Assembly: GCA_047601445.1 (NCBI GenBank)
Contig: JASGJH010000001.1
Span: 2,240,001-2,304,000 of the forward strand
Direction of reading: 5' to 3'
Source: Myxococcales bacterium
Lineage (GTDB): Bacteria; Myxococcota_A; Polyangia; Polyangiales; DASUME01
Length of the DNA: 64,000 bases
Shown: positions 9,795-22,918 of the stretch, piece by piece
How the letters are laid out: every line of letters starts with the position of its first letter
Numbering within the stretch: the first letter of the stretch is position 1
The notes under the pieces: model-generated
The model's input: the letters and a program-made list of their open reading frames with translations, nothing else
Database searches by the model: none
What the model was told of the DNA's origin: nothing
Translations under genes and position numbers: made by a program

Positions 9795-10667
9795 CTATCC
9801 GAGGCTCGAAAAACCGCCCGCGACCTCGACGTGGTAGCGATCGAAGACCCGCCGCGTGATGGCACCTGCTGCGCCGCCCGCGCCGCCTACGCTACGCCCA
9901 TCGAGCTCGCTGACCCCCACGATCCCTCGCACGGAGCTCGTCATGAACAGCTCGCTGGCGCGGTAAGCGTCGTGCACGGTCAAGAGACGCTCACGCGCAG
10001 GGATGCCGAGTAACCGGGCGCAGGCGAGTACGCGATCGCGCGTGATGCCGGGGAGGATGCCGAGGGCGACGGGCGGCGTGAAGATCTCGCCGGCCGCATC
10101 CACCAGAAACAGCGAGCTCGTGGCGCCTTCGAGAAGCTCGCCGTGGGCGCCCAGCAGCAGCGCGTCGTCGGCCCCCTCCCCCTGGGCCTGTGCGATGGCC
10201 AGGAGGTTGTTGATGTACGCGCTGGGCTTGGCGCCGGCCCACAGTGCAGAGGGCGGCGCCACGCAGCTGCGCAGACGAATGACGCCCACCTCGGTGGCGC
10301 TCGTGGGGTGCAGCGTGCGCACCAGGATTACGCGCCGTGCGCTACGCGCACCGCGAGGTGCCAGGGTCTCGGGATGGTCGCCGCGCGTGACCATGATGCG
10401 GATGTAGGCCTCGGGCCCCTCGACCTGCGCCAGCGCGAGCCTCACCTCGGAGGCCACCTGGGTCTGTGGCACTCCGAGCTCGATGCCGAGGATGCCGCAG
10501 GAGCGCTCGAGGCGCGCGAGGTGCCGCTCGAGACCGTCCGGCTCACCCCCGAAGGTGCGCAAGGCCTCGAACACAGCGTCGCCATAGAGAAAGCCCCGAT
10601 CGACCACCGGCACCAGGGCCTGATCGAGGGGGCTCAGCTTTCCGTCGATGCATGCGATGGCTTGCAC
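9795..10667 (-). CDS. class IV PLP aminotransferase (branched-chain aminotransferase / 4-amino-4-deoxychorismate lyase family)
   Basis: DRGFLYGDAVFEALR, HLARL, catalytic Lys in GAKPSAY, EGATSS, ILPGITR. Confidence 0.9.
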   Translation of the reverse strand: MQAIACIDGKLSPLDQALVPVVDRGFLYGDAVFEALRTFGGEPDGLERHLARLERSCGILGIELGVPQTQVASEVRLALAQVEGPEAYIRIMVTRGDHPETLAPRGARSARRVILVRTLHPTSATEVGVIRLRSCVAPPSALWAGAKPSAYINNLLAIAQAQGEGADDALLLGAHGELLEGATSSLFLVDAAGEIFTPPVALGILPGITRDRVLACARLLGIPARERLLTVHDAYRASELFMTSSVRGIVGVSELDGRSVGGAGGAAGAITRRVFDRYHVEVAGGFSSLG

Positions 10668-10685
10668 CCCGCACGCTTTAGGCGT

Positions 10686-13600
10686 TCACGCTCCGGCTTT
10701 CAAGCTGGTGAGCAGCGTACGCGCTTGGTTGTGGCTGGCCTGCTCGGCGACCGCGCGCTCGAGCATGGAGATCGCCTTGGGCGCGTCTCCCTGCTGGCGC
10801 GAGATATCGCCGAGGTAGAAGTAGACGTCCGCCTTGGTGATCGGAGCGTCCTTGTCGAGCTTCTGCAGCAACAAGCCACGGAAGGTCTTCTGTGCACGGT
10901 CGAGGTCGCCGCGCTTGTAGGCGAGCAGGCCGAGGTCGGCGAGTACGCCCACGTTGGTGAGGTCCACACGGTAGGCCGAGTCGAGCTCCTGCACGGCGCG
11001 CTCGAGGTTGTCCAGGCCCTGGTAGGCGCGCGCCAGCATGTGGTGGAACGTGGCGAGCTCCTTCACGCGACGACCACCGAACGAAGCGATGATCTTCTCG
11101 AGCACGGGGATCGCATCGGACTGCCGTCCAGCCGCAATGTAGAGCTCGCACAGCGGCACGAGCACGGCGCGGTCGTCCGGCACGAGCTGGCTCGCGCGCT
11201 CGAGGAACGTGGCGGCCATGGCCGGGTCGTTGAGCTTGCCGCGGTACAGCTCGGAGACACGGCGCAAGAGGGTCACCTTCTGCGCGGTGTCCGGCGTGCG
11301 CTCGACGTCCTCGGCCATGAGCTGCGCGAGAGACGCGTGGTCGCCGCGTCGCTCGTAGAGCTTGGCGAGGCGCTCGCGCGTCTCCTGCTCGCGGGTGCCC
11401 GCCGAGAGGGCGCGCTTGAGGGCCGCTTCGGCACGCTCCGGCGCGTTCAGCTTGCCTTCGGCCAGCTCGGCCAGCTGGTAACCCAGCTCGACCAGCTCGG
11501 CGCCTTCGACACGCGAGAGCAGGCGCTCGAAGATCTCCGCTGCGCGCTCGAGAATCGGACGCCATGTACAGCCGCGCGAGCGCCCGCAGGGCACCCACGT
11601 GCTGCGCGTCGCGCTCCAGCACACGCTCGTAGAACTCCGCAGCCCGCGTGCGATCTCCGAGCTTGTCTTCGATGACGGCACCGAGTCGCACCAGGGTGCT
11701 GAGCTCGCCCGCGTCGTCTCCGAGATCGCGGAAGCGGTCCGCGCGTGCCTCGAGAGCCTCCACGAGCTCCGGATAGCGACCACCGGACTCCAGCAAGCGC
11801 AGCAGCTCCTGCTGAGCCTGGGCGTGATCCGGGCTCTCCGACAGAACCTCGCGGAGCTCGTCGATGGCGCGGTTCGGATTCTTGAGCTGCTGCTCGGCGA
11901 CCAGGGCCAGGCCCACACGCGCCGTGCTGCGTTCCTCGGGGGTGGTGGCCACCTCGAGCCGACGCTCGAGGATGCGTACCAAGTCCTGCCACTGCTCACC
12001 GGAACGATAGAAGCGCTCGAGGGCATCCATCGAAACGGCGTCGTTGGGTTCGTCGTCGAGGTTCGCCAGGTGCAGCCGGATGGCGCCCTCGCGGTCCTCG
12101 AGCTGGTCGGCGCGTAGCACCGCCGCGCGATGGCGCAGGGTCTGGCGCACACTGGGGTCGGACTCGGCGTCGATGCGGCGATCGTAGAGCTGAGCCACCT
12201 TGCCCAACCTGCCTTCGGCCTCCTGCAGTCGGATCAGCTCGTCGAGCGCGTTGAGCGCGCTGCTGTCCATGCTGAGCACGCGCTCGTAGCAAGCTATGGC
12301 GCGCTCGCGGTCACCCGCGCCGCTCTCCGCGATGGCTGCGGCCTCGCACAGACGCAACACGGCCTGTCCGCGATCGCTGTCTCGCTCGGCCCACACGCTC
12401 AGCGCTTCCACGAGATCGCGGTGGCGGCTGCCCTCGCGCAGCAGGCTCACCAACTGCTCGTGGGCGGGCTCGTACTCGGGATCCATGTCGAGGGCGCGTC
12501 GCAAAGACTGCTCTGCGCGATCGGTGTCCCCCAGGCGCTCGCGGTACCAAGTGTAGCCGCGCATCCACAGGTCACGCTTGTCCATGCGGCTGACATCGCC
12601 GCCGCGCGTGGCCGTCTCGACGAGGCCCGACAGCACGTCGAAGCTGCCGGCCGCGGTCGCCACCCGCTCGATCTCGTCGAGCAGGCCGTGGTCGCTCGGA
12701 TCGGCCTCGAAGGCACGTCGCAGTGCCTGCGCGGCGCGCCCGAGGTCTCCGAGCTCGCGCTCGAACAAGCTCGCCAGGTCGGTCAGCAGCGAGACGCGCT
12801 CGGACTGGCTGCCTGCCTGGCGGATGCGGGTCTCGTAGAGCTCCGCCACGCGGTCGAGTTTGCCGGACTGGCGATAGACGCTGTCGAGGACATCGACGAC
12901 CTCCGAGGCCAGATCCGGGTTCAACAGCAGGCGTTCGAGGGCGCCGGTGGCGCGGGCGTCGGAGGGCTCGCGGTCGATGACCTCCCGATACGCGGAGAGC
13001 GCACCGCGCGGGTCTTCGAAGCGGCTCTCGCGCAGCTCGCCGAGCCGCACGAGAAGCTCGACGGCGCCAGCGTTGTCAGCCTGCACCACACGACGCTCGA
13101 GGATATCGGCGAGATCCTCGAAGCGCTCTGTGGCCAGGTACAGGCGATCGAGGTCGGCCAGCACCGTCTCGTCGTCCCCGGCACGCTCCAGCGCGCGCTC
13201 GTTGGCTTCGATGGCACGAGCCACATCGTTGAGCTGCTGCTCCGCGATGCGCGCCACGCGACGGTACAGGCCCTGCGCGATGAGCACGTCGGAAGTCGAG
13301 CCCGCGCGGCGCGCGAACACGTCGGCCGTGCGCCCCCAGGCGTCGAGGGCACCAGCCACGCGCTCCACCTCGCCAGCGAGATTCTCGTCGTCGGCATCCG
13401 ACAACAGGGCTTCGCACAGGGTATCGAACGCCGCCTGCTGATCGTTGCGACCGCGCTCGTGAATCTCCGCCAGGCGCAGCAGGCGGGCCTGCTTTTCGCT
13501 CGGCTCGGACATCGAGCTGACGCCCCGCGCAAGCAACGTGGCGAGGTCGTCCCAGCGCTGGTGATCGCGCAAGGTGGGCTCGAGGATCTCCTCGACTCGC

Positions 13601-16600
13601 GGCCGCTGATCGGACTGCTCGCCGATGCGCAAGAGCGCCTTGATGCTCGGCTCGTGCGCCGGATCGAGGGAGAGCGCCTCGCGATAGGCCTCGATGGCCT
13701 CGTCGAACTCGTTCTGGCGTTCGTCGTGGACCTGACCGATGCGGAAGAACAGGGCCAACCGCTCCGCGGTCGCGGTCTCCACATCGAGCTGACGGCGCAG
13801 CGTATCGAGCAGCTCGGGCCACGAGGACTCCTCCTCGTAAAGCTTGGCGAGCGAACGAATGGCCTCCATGTGGGTGGGCTCTTCGTCGAGCACGCGCACG
13901 TAGGCCTCGATGGCCTCGGTGGTGCGCTCCAGCTTCTCGGCCAGCACGCGCCCGAGCCGCAGGTTCACGTCGAGACGCTCCTCGGTGGAGGTACCGAGCT
14001 CCGAGCGCCGACGCAGTACGTCGGAGAGCGCCTGGAAGTCCTCGGTGCGCGTGAAGAGCCCGTCGAGGGCCTCCAGGCTGATCACGTCATCGTCGGTCTC
14101 TTCGAGCGCCGCGCGGTAGGCCTCGATGGCCTGCGGCACGTCGCCGATCAGCTCGTCGAGCACCGAACCGGCTCGGCGCCAGAGCTCGCTGCGCTCCACC
14201 GAGTCGTAGGAGCGCTCGACCTTGCGCTTGAACAAGTTCACGAGGCCGCGCCAGTCGCCGACCATGGTGAGCAACGCCTCGAGCTGATCGAACGCCGCCG
14301 GATCCTCCGAGTCGTACTGGATCAGCCGCTCGTAGGCCGTGATCGACGAGCGCGGGTCACCGCGACGCTCGTCGTGCGTGCGTGCCACGGCGGCCAACAA
14401 CGACGCCTTGACCTGGTTGTCGGCGGTCGCCTCGATGGCCTCCTCGAAGGCCTGCACCAGGGCATCCCAGTCGGCCAGCTCCGCCGCCAGGCGCTCGAGC
14501 TCCGAGCGCGCGTGATCGTCGGCCGGATCGGTCACGAGGGTACGACGCCAGGCTGCCATGGCCTCGCGCGGCGACTTGCCGTGCGCCTCGTGCAGGCGCG
14601 CGATTTCGCCGTACAGGCGCGAGCGCTCGGCGAGATCGCTCTCGATGCCGACCAGCTTCTCGTAGAGCCAGATCTGCCGACTCCACTCGCCAGCCTGCGC
14701 GTACAGGGGCTCGAGGATCTCCGAGACCCTGCGCAGCAGCTCGGGACGCGCCGCGAAGCGCTCGAGCGCCCCGCGTGCCTCGCGATTGTTCGGCTCGAGG
14801 CGCGTGACGTCCTCGTGGGTGTCGATGGCCAGATTGACGTCGTCGAGGTGCTCCTCGTAGAGCTTGGCCAGGCGCAGCTTCAGCTGGGCGGCGTTGGCCG
14901 AGTCCGACGCGCGGTCGATCTGGTATTGCAAGTGCTCGGCGAGTGCCGACCAGGCCTGCGTCTCAGCCAACAAGCGATCGAGGGCTGCCACCGACACGCT
15001 GTCGCCGGCGACCACCTCGAGCAACTCCTGATGCACGCGGATGGCGACGTCGGACTCACGCAGCTCGAGCTCGAGCACCTTGGCCAGCTTGTGCAGGCAA
15101 GCCACGCGGCGCTTGTCGTCTCCCGCCACGTCGGCCTGGGCACGGTAGAACGCGCGCAGGTCCTCGCTGGCGCGACGTCGCAGCAGGACGTCCTCGAGTG
15201 CGTCGGCCACACTGAGCGCCGTCGGGTCCACCGCCAGCGCCTTCTGGTAGAGCGCGGAGGAGCGCTCCAGGTTGCGCCCGAACTGATCGCGGATCTGGGC
15301 CGCGCTCACGGCGAGCCTGATGCCCGTCTCGTCCTCGATGCCGACCTCGTCGAGATAGAGTTCGTAGACCTCGGCCACGCGCTCCTGCCGGCCGAGCACG
15401 CGCGACAACCGTGCGAGCGCGTCCCAGGCCTGCACGTCGGCGGGCTCCACGCGGAACAGGCGCGCGTAGGTTTCGAGAGCGGTCTCGAGGTCCTCGAGCT
15501 GCACCTCGTGCAGCTGCGCGAGGCGCAGCAGGAGCTCCTTCTTGCGCTCCGGCGATTCCTCCGCCTCGAGCTGAGCCTCGAGAGCCCGCGTGAGCTCCGG
15601 CCACTTGCTCTTGCGCAGATACACTGGCTCGAGCTGGGCCGCGGCCTGCGCCTTGTAGCGCTGGTCGTCCATCAAGGCCTCGAGGGACTTGGTGGTTTCC
15701 TCGTGCAGCGGCGAGCGATCGAGCACGTCGCGGTAGAGGTCCAGCGCGCGCTCCACGTCGTCGAGTCGCGTGCGATAGACCTCGGCCAGCCGGTAGCGCA
15801 CCACCAGGGCGTCCCCGATGGCGAGCTCCATCTGGCGCTCGTACATCTCGGACAGGTCCTCCCAGCGTTCGGCACGCTGGTAGAGCGCGGCCAGGCCGTC
15901 GAACACCTCGCGCGACGGACTCTCCTCGAGCACCTGCTCGTAGGCCTCGATGGCCGCCGTGACGTCGTCCAGCTTGTACGCGGACAGCTCCGCCTGCCGC
16001 AGCAGCAGAGCCGTGCGCTCCTTGGTGTCTCCTGCGAGCTCGGTCTTCTTGCGCAGGATGTTCAGGAGACCGCGGTGATCGTCGGCCGCCTGATGCAACG
16101 CCTCGAGCGCATCGAGCGCCGGGCGATGATCCGGACGCAGCGCCAAGGCCTGCTCGAAGTACTCGCGAGCGACGCTGCGATCGGAAAGCTGATCGCGACT
16201 GACGCCTGCAGCGCGCATCAGCACCAAGACGCGCAGCTCCTCGTCGGACACGTCGGGCGCGATCTCGCGCAGCAAGTTGCCGTAGGCTTCGAAGCGCCCA
16301 GACGCCCTGGCCAGGCGATCGAGCTCTTCGAGCAACGCGCCGAGCTCGTCGTCGCCGAGGGCGCCTTGCACGGCACGGGCGATCAGCGAGTAGGCGCGAC
16401 CTGCGTCGGACAGGCCACGTTCTGCGCTGGCCGCGGCGCGGCGCAACGACTCGAGGCGCTCGCGCGCATCGTCGGACTCAGCGACCACCTCGAGCGCGTG
16501 GATCAGGCGCTCGTGATCGCCGCGCGCGTCGTAGTGCGGCACCAGCACGCGCGCCGCATCGACGCGCGTGGTGCCGCCGGAGGCCACCATCTCGTTGAGG

Positions 16601-19600
16601 GCGCCGATGGTCCCATCGTGTCCGGGACGTTCCTCGAGCACCGCACGGTACGCGTCCAGCGCGGATTCCGGCGCGTTGGTGCGCTTGCGCATCAACTCGG
16701 CCGAGCGGAAGCGGACCTCGGCGCGATCCTGCGGATCGGTGGCCAGCTCGAGCTCGATCTGCAGCGTGTCGAGCAGCTCCTGGTACTTCTCGGATGCTTC
16801 GTACACCCGCTCCAGGGCCACCACGGTCTCGCGATCATTGCCGAAGCGGCTGAGCACCTCGGTGTAGGCGTCGATGGCCTTCTCGCGGTCGTGAAGCTTG
16901 GTCTCATAGACCTCACCGACGCGACGCGCGAGCACCCTGCCCTCGTGCTCGTTGAGGGCCACGGCCTCGCGCTTTTGCAGGATGCCGATCAGGTTGGGCC
17001 ACTCGGCGCGCGACTCATAGAGCCGCTCGAGCGCCAGCATGGCCACCAGGTCGGCGGGATCGAGGTCGAGGCGTTCCACGTAGGCCGCCACGGCGCGCGG
17101 CACATCCGACAGGGCGCCTTCGCTCAGCTCGGCCAATCGCCCGAGCAGCGCCTTCTTGATCTCGACGTCGTTCTCGAAGGTGATCTGCAGCCGCAGGGCC
17201 TCGGCGAGGTTCGCGTGGTCGTCCCGCACGAGGTGCAAGCGCTCGAGGGCGCGTGCGGCCGGCAGCACGATCTCGGCGTTCTCGGCGTCGGAGGCAATCA
17301 GGCGCGTATAGGCGTCGATGGCCTTCTCGGCGTTGCCCACGAGCACGTCCCAGAGCTCGGCCAACTCGGCCAAGATCTCGGTGCGTACGCTCGGGATCTC
17401 CACGCGCTTGAGCGAGTTCTCGAGCAGCGAGGCGCGATCGGCGAGCGCTCCGACCAGAGCCGACAGACGTGCGAGTTCGCGGCGCGCGAGCACGTCGGTG
17501 GGATCGGTCTCGACCGCCTTGGCGAAGGAACGCAGCGCCTGCGTGGCGTCACGCAGCTCGCGCTCGTGGAGCTCGCCCAGGCGCATCAGCGTGCTGACAC
17601 GGGCCCCAGGCTCGCTGATCTCCTCGAGCTGCACCTCGAGGATGCGGGCCAGCTCGTTGTGCGCCCCTTGGCGCGTGTAGAGCGGTTCGAGCAGGCCGGC
17701 GATGCGTTGCCGCTGGGTGCGCTCGTGGAGCAGGCGCTCGAGGGCCTCCTGCGCGCGCAAGTGCGTCGGTTGCTCCTCCAACACCTGAGCGTGCTGATCC
17801 ACAGCCAGGGCCGGTTCCTTGAGCTTCAGCTCGTAGAGCTCACCGATGCGGAAGGTGAGCTCGATGGCCTCTTTGCCCATCGCCTCGTTGCGGTCGTACT
17901 CGAGCAGCGAGACCAGCTCGCGGTAGCGCTCCGCACGCGTGTACAAGCGCTCGAGCGCGCGGCGCGAGGTCGAGTGCGTGGGGTCGAGTTCGAGCACCTC
18001 CTGATAGGAGGTGATGGCCATTTCCACGTCGTCGAGGATCTCTTCGTGCAGAAAGCAGACTTGCAGCAGCAAATCGAGCTTTTGCGGCACGTCGACCGTG
18101 TTGGCGATGCGGTCGCGGTAGAGCTTCTTGAGCTCTTCCCAGCGCTCTGTGTTGGTGTACAGGTCGCGCAGGGCTTCGTAGGCGCCCTCGGCCAGCGGGT
18201 CGTGGGCTAGCACGCGCAAGTGGAAGGGCTCGGCGCGCTCCGGCTGTCCGAGCACCGAGTCGTAGATGCGCGCGGTGCGCTCGCTCAGCGCCGAGGTCTG
18301 TTCGGCCGGCAATGCCGCCATCTCGATCACGGTCGCGAAGGCGACGGCGAGCTCCTCGTGAGTGCGCGCCTGATCCGCCATGCTCGTGATGCGATCCCAC
18401 AACTCCACGTTCTGCGGGTTGTCCAGGAAGGCCGACTCCAGCGTGGCATAGGCACTCTTGGGATCGCCGAGTGTGCCGGAGATCTCCGCCAAGCGCAGCT
18501 TGAGGTCGCGCTTCTCGCCGTCACTCTTGCTGGCTTCGAGGCGCTTCTTGAGCAGAGCCTGCAGCTTGTCCAGCTTGCTGGTGCGCTCGTACACGGGCTC
18601 GAGCAGGCGCCCGATGCGCAGGGCCTCGCTCGGGTTGGCGGCGGCCAGCAGCTCGAGGGCTTCGACGGCACGGCCCTCGGTGGGCTCGAGCTCGAGCACA
18701 CGCGAGAATGCCTCGATGGCGCGGTTCGAATCCGCGAGCTCTCCGGCCGCGAGCTTGCCCAGGCGCAGCGTGAGCTCCACCTGCTCCTTGGCCTGCGACG
18801 CGAGCTCGATGCGCTTGTCGAGGATGCCGGCCAGTTCCTGGCTGCGGTTCTCGGCCGACAGCAACCGGTCGAGGGTGGCCAGGGTCGGGGCGTCGCTCGG
18901 ACGCAGCTCGTGCATCGCCTGGTAGCTCTCGATGGCGCCACTCAGGTCGCGCAAGAGCTCCTCGTCCACCACTGCAAGGGCGTGGCGCCGTTCGAAGCGC
19001 GCGTCATCGCTCGCGGCGTGCTTGAGCAGCTTCACGAACAGCGCGCGCAGATCCTTGTGGCGCGCGAGGCCGCGATAAATGCGCTCCAGCGTGGCGCTGA
19101 CATCGGCGTCGCTGGGCTTGGCCTCGAGCACCTTCTCGAGCTCGTGCGCGGCTTCCTCGGGGCGCTTCAGCTTGTCGAGGCAGAGCTGTGCGACTCGGCG
19201 GCGCAAGGCCACCGACTCCTCGCCCCCCTCGGCGTCAGCGCGCGTAACGTAGATGCGCGCCAGCCGCTCGTGGGCGGACGCGAGGTCGGCAGCGGACTCC
19301 AGGCGCGCGCGCACTTCGGCGTCGTCCGGCGCCAGCGCGTAGGCCGAAGAGGCATGGGAGAAGGCACGCTCACCGTCGCGCAACTTGCCCTGGAAAAGCT
19401 CGACCAAGCGCAGGTGGAGCGCCCGGGCGGTGTCGATGTCGCCCTCGGCCACCTGCTTGAGCAAGATCTCGTTGAGCTGGGCCACGCGCGGCCACTTCTC
19501 GTCCTTCTCGTAGAGCGGCAATAGGGCGCGCACCGCGCGGGTATTCTCGGGATCGACCCCGAGCACGCGCTCGTAGCTGCGGAAGGCGCGCGCGGGCTCA

Positions 19601-21885
19601 CCGAGCTCGCGTTCGTAGACCTCCGCGGCGCGGAAGCTGAGGGTCTTCTTGAGCTCGACGTCCGAGGTCTTGTCTGCGGCCGTTCCCAGCACGTCGACGA
19701 AGCCGTCCCAGTCGTGGGCCTCGGCGTAGAGCGACTCCACGCTCGCGAAGTCGCCGGCGGCCAAGTAGGCCTCGCGCAAGGTGCGCAAGGCACGGCCGTT
19801 CTTGGCGTCCACCTCGAGCACGCGCTTCCAGGCCGCCGCCGCGCGCACCGGATCGTTGGTGCGCTCCGCGTGCAGCGTACCGAGCCGCGTGAGCAGCTTG
19901 ATCTTGGCTTGCACGTCGCTCGTGTCGCTCAGGCGACGTTCGAGCGCGTCCGCCAGCGCGTCCCAGTCCTTGGCGCGTTCTGCCAACTTCTCGAGCGCGT
20001 CGAGTGCCTTCGCCGAGTTCGGCTCCAGCTCCAGCACGCGGCGCCACAGGTTGATGGCTTCACCGTACTCGTGCAGGCGCTCGCCGGCGATGTTGGCCAG
20101 CTCCACCAACAAGGCCAGCTTGGTGGCCTTGTCCGAGGCGAGCTCCTCCTCCTTGAGCAGCACGCCGAACAACTGCTTCCAGGCGCGCTTCTTCCCGTAG
20201 ATCTCCTTCAACAGCGCGAGTGCCTCGCGGTTGTTCGAGTCGATGGCGATGACCTGCTCGAGCGGACCCGTGGCCTGGTTGTAATTCGAGAAGTGCTCGA
20301 TCCACAGCTTGGCGACGCGCAGATAGAGCGCCACCTTGCGCGCCGGATCCGTGAGGACATCGGCCTCGCGCGTGAGCACTGGGATGAGGTCGTTCCAGCG
20401 CCCGAGGGACTCGTAGGTCTTGGCGAGCTCGTCGGTGGCTTCGCGGTTCTTGGGGTCGAGCTGGAGAATCAGGTTGTAGGTGCCGAGCACCATCGCATCG
20501 AGCTTCAGCTCGTCGCGATAGATAGCGAGCAGCTCCTTGAGGTGGATAAGTCGCCCGGCGCGATCGTCGGCGGGCAACGCATCTAGCTCTCCACGCAGCA
20601 GCTCCACCAGGGCGTTCCACTTGCCCGAACGGCGGTACAGCTGCTTGAGCGAGGCCAACGCCTCGGCGTGGGTGGGCTCGCTGCGCAGCACGTGCTTGAA
20701 GGCATCGATGGCACGTTCGGCGGCCTGGGAGTCGTTCTGAGCTAGGCGCGCGATCTCGAGCGACAGCCGCAGCTTGTCCTGCTCTGAGCCAAGTCGGCGC
20801 TGTGCATCCGAGAGCACCGCGAGCAGCTTGGAGGTCTCCCCGCTGGCGGTGTACTGCTCGCGGTAGAAGTCGAGCATCACGGGTTGGGCAGCATCGGCCT
20901 TGCGCAGGCGGGCGAAGTAAGGCTCGGCGCGGTCGGCGCGCTTGAGCATGCGCCAGTGCACCATGCCGATCTGCAGCAGAATTCCCTGCTCGGCGTCGGC
21001 CTTGAGCTGACGCGCGCGCAGCGCGTCTTCGTACAGCGCCACCAGGTGGTCCCACAGCTCGCGCTCGGTGAAGTGAGCGACCAAGAAGCCCAACGACTCC
21101 TCGTGGGCCGGCAGCAGCTCGAGCACGCGCTCGTAGCAGGCAGCGGCGCGGTCGTTGTCGCTCAGGCGCTGCGCCAACACGCGCGCCGCGGAGAGGTGCA
21201 TCCCGAGCTGATCGTCACGGCCGGTGACGTGCTCCGCGGACGACAGCAACACCTCGCCCAACTCCTTCCACTTCTCGCGTTCGCGCAGGGTGATGGCGAA
21301 CAGGCGCGCCGCGCGCGCATGGGCGGGATCGATGGACAGGGCCTCACGGAACAACCGATCGGTGTCCTTGCTCTTCCCCTTCTTCTTGTACTGCCAGAGG
21401 ATCGAGGCCGAACGCACCATCAAGGACGTCTTGAGCGCCGCGTCGCTGGCTCCCTCGGCCTGCTCCGCGAAGTGCTGCGCGATTTGCTGCCAGCGCTCGG
21501 AGACTTGAGCGATCTGCTCGAGCGCGCGCTGCACCTCTTCTTCGCCGGGACGCAGCTCGAGGGCCTTTTCGTAGGCGAACTTGGCGCCCTCGTCGTCCAT
21601 CAGGTCTTCACGCCGCAGGCGCCCGAGCTCACGCCACAGCACCGCCGCAAAGTCGGGGTCCGAAAGCACGAGTCGGAGTTCGAACTCGATTAGCTTCGCT
21701 GCCGCGAAGGCTTCACCACGCACCTCGTGGTTGCGCCGGGCGAACTCCAGGAGGCGCACGGGGTCTTCACCCAGCCTCTTAGGGTCACCACTCGAGAGCG
21801 CCTCATCGAGGCCTTGAACAGCAGATTGATCCCACGGGTCGTCTTGCAGGGCCGCGAGGTAATTCGCAACGGTTAGCTCGGCCAT
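10686..21885 (-). CDS. giant tetratricopeptide-repeat protein (~3732 aa; AgmK/GltI-like class), with a +1 frameshift at 11552-11556
   Basis: Continuous TPR-like repeats (AxxxYxxVLxxDP..ALxALxxLY..W). ATG 21885 follows a GAGGAG RBS. The C-terminus continues in ORF 10686-12152 after removing one base. Confidence 0.85.
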
Positions 21886-21965
21886 CGTCTCCTCGATGCC
21901 AAGGCATAGCGGGCCGCTCCGAACCCACGCGCACCACCCATGCGAGCGCGGCCCGGAATGGCCAA

Positions 21966-21989
21966 AAATCATTGAAGTTTAGATGATTT
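21966..21989. promoter_or_regulatory. AT-rich inverted repeat AAATCAT-N10-ATGATTT upstream of the giant TPR gene; candidate operator or IHF-like site
   Basis: 7-bp perfect inverted repeat in an AT-rich patch ~80 bp upstream of the start codon. Confidence 0.35.
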
Positions 21990-22061
21990 GGATCGCGCTC
22001 ATGCCGGGGCCAGGGGGCATCCTACAAACCCCCTCCCTAGCTGGCAAGGGCGAAGGGCGGC

Positions 22062-22823
22062 TCACAACAACATGATGGTGCCGGCCCAGCTGAGAGCACC
22101 CAAGGTGATGTATCCGGAGGCCAGATGTAGGCCCGCCAGAGCCTTCATCGTGCCGTAGTCGTTGGTGCGATCGAGGCCGAGCCGCGGGTTCGCGATGATG
22201 ATGCCCAGAACTATTTGGGTCACCATGCCCGCCAGGTGGACCCAGCGCAGCGCCTTGTGGGTTCGCACCGTTTTTGCGTATTTGCTGGTGCCGACCGAGG
22301 CGTGATCGGGGTCCGGCATGGCGATAGCCAGGCCGAGTGTGGTGAAGTAGAGGCCAGCTGTCGCGAAACCCGTGATCGCGTGAAACCAGGGCGTACCGTA
22401 GCACTGGTTCTGGTTGATCCAGGCATTGCCCTCCACGCAGGGCGTGTCCTGCCGATCGGTCACGAAGGGAGCACCATAAAGGTTTCGGTATTGTATCGTT
22501 CCGGCGATCACGGCCACACCCATGGTCGCCCAGGTGGCAATACCCATGGCGCGGTGGATCTTGGCGATGCGCGCGCGCTTACGAAGCTGCTGCGTGAAGT
22601 AGGGGGTGCCGGGGCCGCCGACCTTGGGCTCGGGGGGCAGTGCTTCGGACTCCGCGGCGACCTCGGTGTCGGCGTTGCCCTCGCTGTCGGCGTCGAGCTC
22701 GGCCGTGGTCTCCAGCTGGGCCACGACCGGGAGCGCCGTGACGGGCACAGCGGACACGGAGGGAGGCGTAAGGGCGAAGCCGAAGATCGGCGTGGCGAGC
22801 ATCAGCGCGGTTAAGGGTCCCAT
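22062..22823 (-). CDS. hypothetical membrane protein (signal peptide plus 4 TM helices carrying His residues; cytochrome b561-like pattern)
   Basis: Hydrophobic segments preceded by or containing His: IHRAMG, WFHAITG, HKALRWVH, LHLASG. Confidence 0.6.
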   Translation of the reverse strand: MGPLTALMLATPIFGFALTPPSVSAVPVTALPVVAQLETTAELDADSEGNADTEVAAESEALPPEPKVGGPGTPYFTQQLRKRARIAKIHRAMGIATWATMGVAVIAGTIQYRNLYGAPFVTDRQDTPCVEGNAWINQNQCYGTPWFHAITGFATAGLYFTTLGLAIAMPDPDHASVGTSKYAKTVRTHKALRWVHLAGMVTQIVLGIIIANPRLGLDRTNDYGTMKALAGLHLASGYITLGALSWAGTIMLL

Positions 22824-22918
22824 CTCAGCGAGTCTCCGATCCGAAGCGCGCGTGTGGAGCGCGCTGGCAAAACTTCAAGACAGTCAGCGCACGCGGGTCC
22901 AAGCGCGAGCGGAGAATC

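Noticed and set aside
10678..11551. Arg-rich C-terminal tail of the 3764-aa ORF in the track
   Set aside because: Out-of-frame read-through after the frameshift; the TPR pattern continues in the 10686-12152 frame.
12130..18210. 2026-aa ORF on the + strand, plus other long antisense ORFs (10143-11675, 26417-28054, 34959-36965, 53472-55826)
   Set aside because: Shadow ORFs opposite real genes. Strong GC3 codon bias removes antisense stops, and the translations have no recognisable motifs.
10686..21885. Very high density of CTCGAG/GAGCTC palindromes
   Set aside because: Explained by Leu-Glu/Glu-Leu codon pairs (CTC GAG) in helical proteins.
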